From positions 3,743,462-3,807,461 of the forward strand of contig NC_057755.1 in assembly GCF_004010195.1 (NCBI RefSeq): a DNA stretch of 64,000 nt, written 5' to 3'. Made by a program: the position numbers and the translations under genes. This DNA is from Chiloscyllium plagiosum (Eukaryota). A model generated the notes under the pieces. It searched no databases, was not told the origin of the DNA, and saw only the letters and a list, made by a program, of their open reading frames with translations. Shown here one piece after another: positions 62,951 through 64,000 of this stretch (its first letter is position 1; each line of letters opens with the position of its first letter).

Positions 62951-63275
62951 ATGGGCTGTGCCGAGGGTAAAGAACATGTCTACGGGGAAAAAAAAAGAAA
63001 ATGGAGTTGGAGGCAGGGTCCCTGACACCATACCTCCAGAAATCCCACTATTGTGGAATTGAAAAAAAAAATGTACAAGGGAAAAAGATAAGATAAAGAT
63101 GATTAAATATTGTTGCTTTGCATGGACTAAGGAATCCATTCTGCATACCGCCGTGTTCTGGCCAAAGTACGGATCTGACGATGACTGTGTTTGTAAATAT
63201 TTGAATTTATATGTAAACAGAAAACAGCCTTTCAGTCAGGAGGAATCGGATTCTGCTTCATGTCGGAAGGGCTAG
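62951..63275 (+). pseudogene. gag: Degraded ERV gag matrix (class I, HERV-I/HERVIP10-like)
   Basis: MGCAEGK..., frameshift in an A-run, then PDTIPPEIPLLWN*KKKCTREKDKIKMIKYCCFAWTKESILHTAVFWPKYGSDDDCVCKYLNLYVNRKQPFSQEESDSASC; lies about 280 nt after the PBS. Confidence 0.82.
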
Positions 63276-63355
63276 TAGCTGAAGAGCTACTGAGGGTACA
63301 CTTCGTAACTAAATCATGGTCAGACATCCAGAAATAGATTCTAAAGATGGAGGGG

Positions 63356-63356
63356 T

Positions 63357-63410
<54 letters not shown>
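63356..63410. repeat. (GT)n(GA)n compound microsatellite
   Basis: Direct reading. Confidence 0.95.
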
Positions 63411-63414
<4 letters not shown>

Positions 63415-64000
63415 AAGAGCTGCACAGCTAATAGAAAGCTTAGCCCTTTGTTTGTTGGTGATTGAATGTTTGTGCTTTGTTGAGCTTGAGATCCGGGACT
63501 GTTTTGAATCTGATTTCTATTATGGAAATTTAACATGATTTCTTTTAAGGTTAAGGATTTTACAGTGATTATGAAATGAAATGTTTACTCCTGTTCTTTA
63601 ACAGGTCACGACTGTAACTAACTAATCAGTTTCTAACTAATCTCTTTTTTTCTTTACATAAAGGCCAACCTTGTTCGGTCTCAGATCAGCTTAATACGGA
63701 GGAAAACAACATTATAACTTTTTTTGTGTTTCAGACCCATTTGTTTCCACTTAATTTTAAGATTGATGTGTTTCATTGATTATTATAATGTGCTAGCCTT
63801 AGCCTTATTCAGAATGTCCCCTACCTCAATGACAGTTGAAGTTTCAGTTCAATATTGGATTGTAATAAGTCCAAAAAAGATCGTATGGTTAATATGTGTG
63901 ACCTTGGATTCGGCCATTTTTCATGCATTAAAATTTTTTTTTACTTGAATGGACAACTCCTTTTAAGGCAGCTCCGGTTATTTCGCGATTTAGAGTATTG

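Overview
Repeat-dense, AT-rich vertebrate genomic DNA. The repeat repertoire (HE1-type and SacSINE1-type SINEs, abundant CR1/HER1-type LINEs, Penelope-like elements) points to a cartilaginous fish (shark); this is inference. One apparently intact host gene is present: a two-exon class A GPCR of the 'GPR139-like' type (67-nt exon 1 at 1125-1191, 9.3-kb intron, exon 2 at 10531-11417, 317 aa). A convergently oriented paralogous pseudogene (31600-32122, minus) has its 5' half replaced by a Penelope-like element. At the right end is an endogenous retrovirus remnant: 5' LTR (62105-62647), tRNA-Pro primer binding site and a degraded Gag matrix that resembles HERV-I/HERVIP10-group Gag. The rest is nested CR1, RTE, Tx1 and Penelope fragments (several with decayed hammerhead-ribozyme cores), SINEs, mini/microsatellites and three near-identical 130-200 bp tandem duplications that may be assembly artefacts. 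I found no CRISPR array, rRNA or true tRNA gene, and no demonstrably new biological system. Repeat boundaries are approximate and family names come from recalled motifs, not database searches.
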